From: a virus
Reading direction: 5' to 3' (one strand)
Length of the DNA stretch: 64,000 nucleotides
IMG/VR virus record: IMGVR_UViG_3300043811_000074
Span: 1 to 64,000 of that record
Part shown: piece after piece, positions 63,497 through 64,000 of the stretch
How positions within the stretch are numbered: the first letter of the stretch is position 1
How the letters are laid out: each line of letters opens with the position of its first letter
Notes under the pieces: generated by a model
Databases searched by the model: none
The model's input: only the letters and a program-made list of their open reading frames with translations
Told to the model about the DNA's origin: nothing
Program-made: the position numbers and the translations under genes

Positions 63497-64000
63497 GGTC
63501 CCTCCAGGTAGCCGAGACATTCCCGTAGTGCGCCGATGAGCATTTGCTTGGCCTCTGCTTCCGTGACCGCTTCGCCGCTGTGAGCGATGGTCCGGTCGTT
63601 AGCGTGGATTTTCTCTAGCATCGCCAGCGCCGTCCTGCAAGGCGCTGGCCGTAGGGTGCCGCGGATCAATTCTGCGGGCGGAGTCGATTACTCGCTCCGC
63701 ACAGTCCTTCAGTTCGTCGCGGGTCATGGGGTTTGCCTTTCGATTTCAGCGATCAGGTTTTCAGCGATCAGGAGTTCGGCTCGCTGTTCTCCTGTGTATC
63801 CCGACGCAGGGCCGTAGCGTTCTACCAGCGACTTCAGGCATGAAAGCAAGCGCTTTGACGCTGCCATAAGGCGAGCGTTGTTGGCTTCCGTTTCAAGCGT
63901 GTCGCCGGGCGCGCCGTTGGCTATCGTGGCGAGATACCAGACACAGGACAGGTTGCCCGACGATCCCTTCCCACCAAGTTTGCCGCGCGCGCCGATGCGC

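Larger units (their letters stand above)
1..64000. mobile_element. Tailed phage or prophage region (siphovirus-like), probable Planctomycetota host
   Basis: Portal, protease, capsid, tail, tape measure and fibre genes in order on +; convergent early/replication arm on -; no host housekeeping genes seen. Confidence 0.93.

Noticed and set aside
1-64000. CRISPR array, diversity-generating retroelement, retron, integrase/att site
   Set aside because: No regular repeat-spacer array, reverse transcriptase motif, adenine-specific repeat pair or recombinase motif seen by eye.

Overview
A 64-kb stretch of a tailed dsDNA phage or prophage, probably infecting a Planctomycete (inferred from a TIGR03067-like domain and Planctomycete-style secreted CxxCH proteins). 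The left arm (+ strand, 1-39.5 kb) carries head, tail and fibre genes, then small membrane proteins, two c-type heme proteins and an S53 protease; I recognise no endolysin. The right arm (- strand, 42.7-64 kb) carries early/replication genes: SSAP-like, ParB-like, an intein-containing helicase, HNH nucleases, RusA and two MTases. A truncated IS1-family element sits at the arm junction (about 39.5-42.66 kb) with passenger genes: an MTase-nuclease fusion, XRE and wHTH regulators, and a tRNA-like gene. A solo tnpB IS200/IS605 element lies at 54166-55402. The most notable signals: (1) a tRNA with a Leu-type body but a Pro (UGG) anticodon, placed behind a leader ORF, a terminator and a candidate antisense RNA; (2) a portal fused to cargo domains separated by T4-gp21-like (L/I/V)xE sites, including a copy of the capsid N-terminal peptide; (3) paired promoter/antisense-box leaders; (4) an out-of-frame two-subunit C5 MTase. 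All calls come from reading motifs by eye; no database searches or folding programs were run. Terminase, integrase and att sites were not seen in the window.
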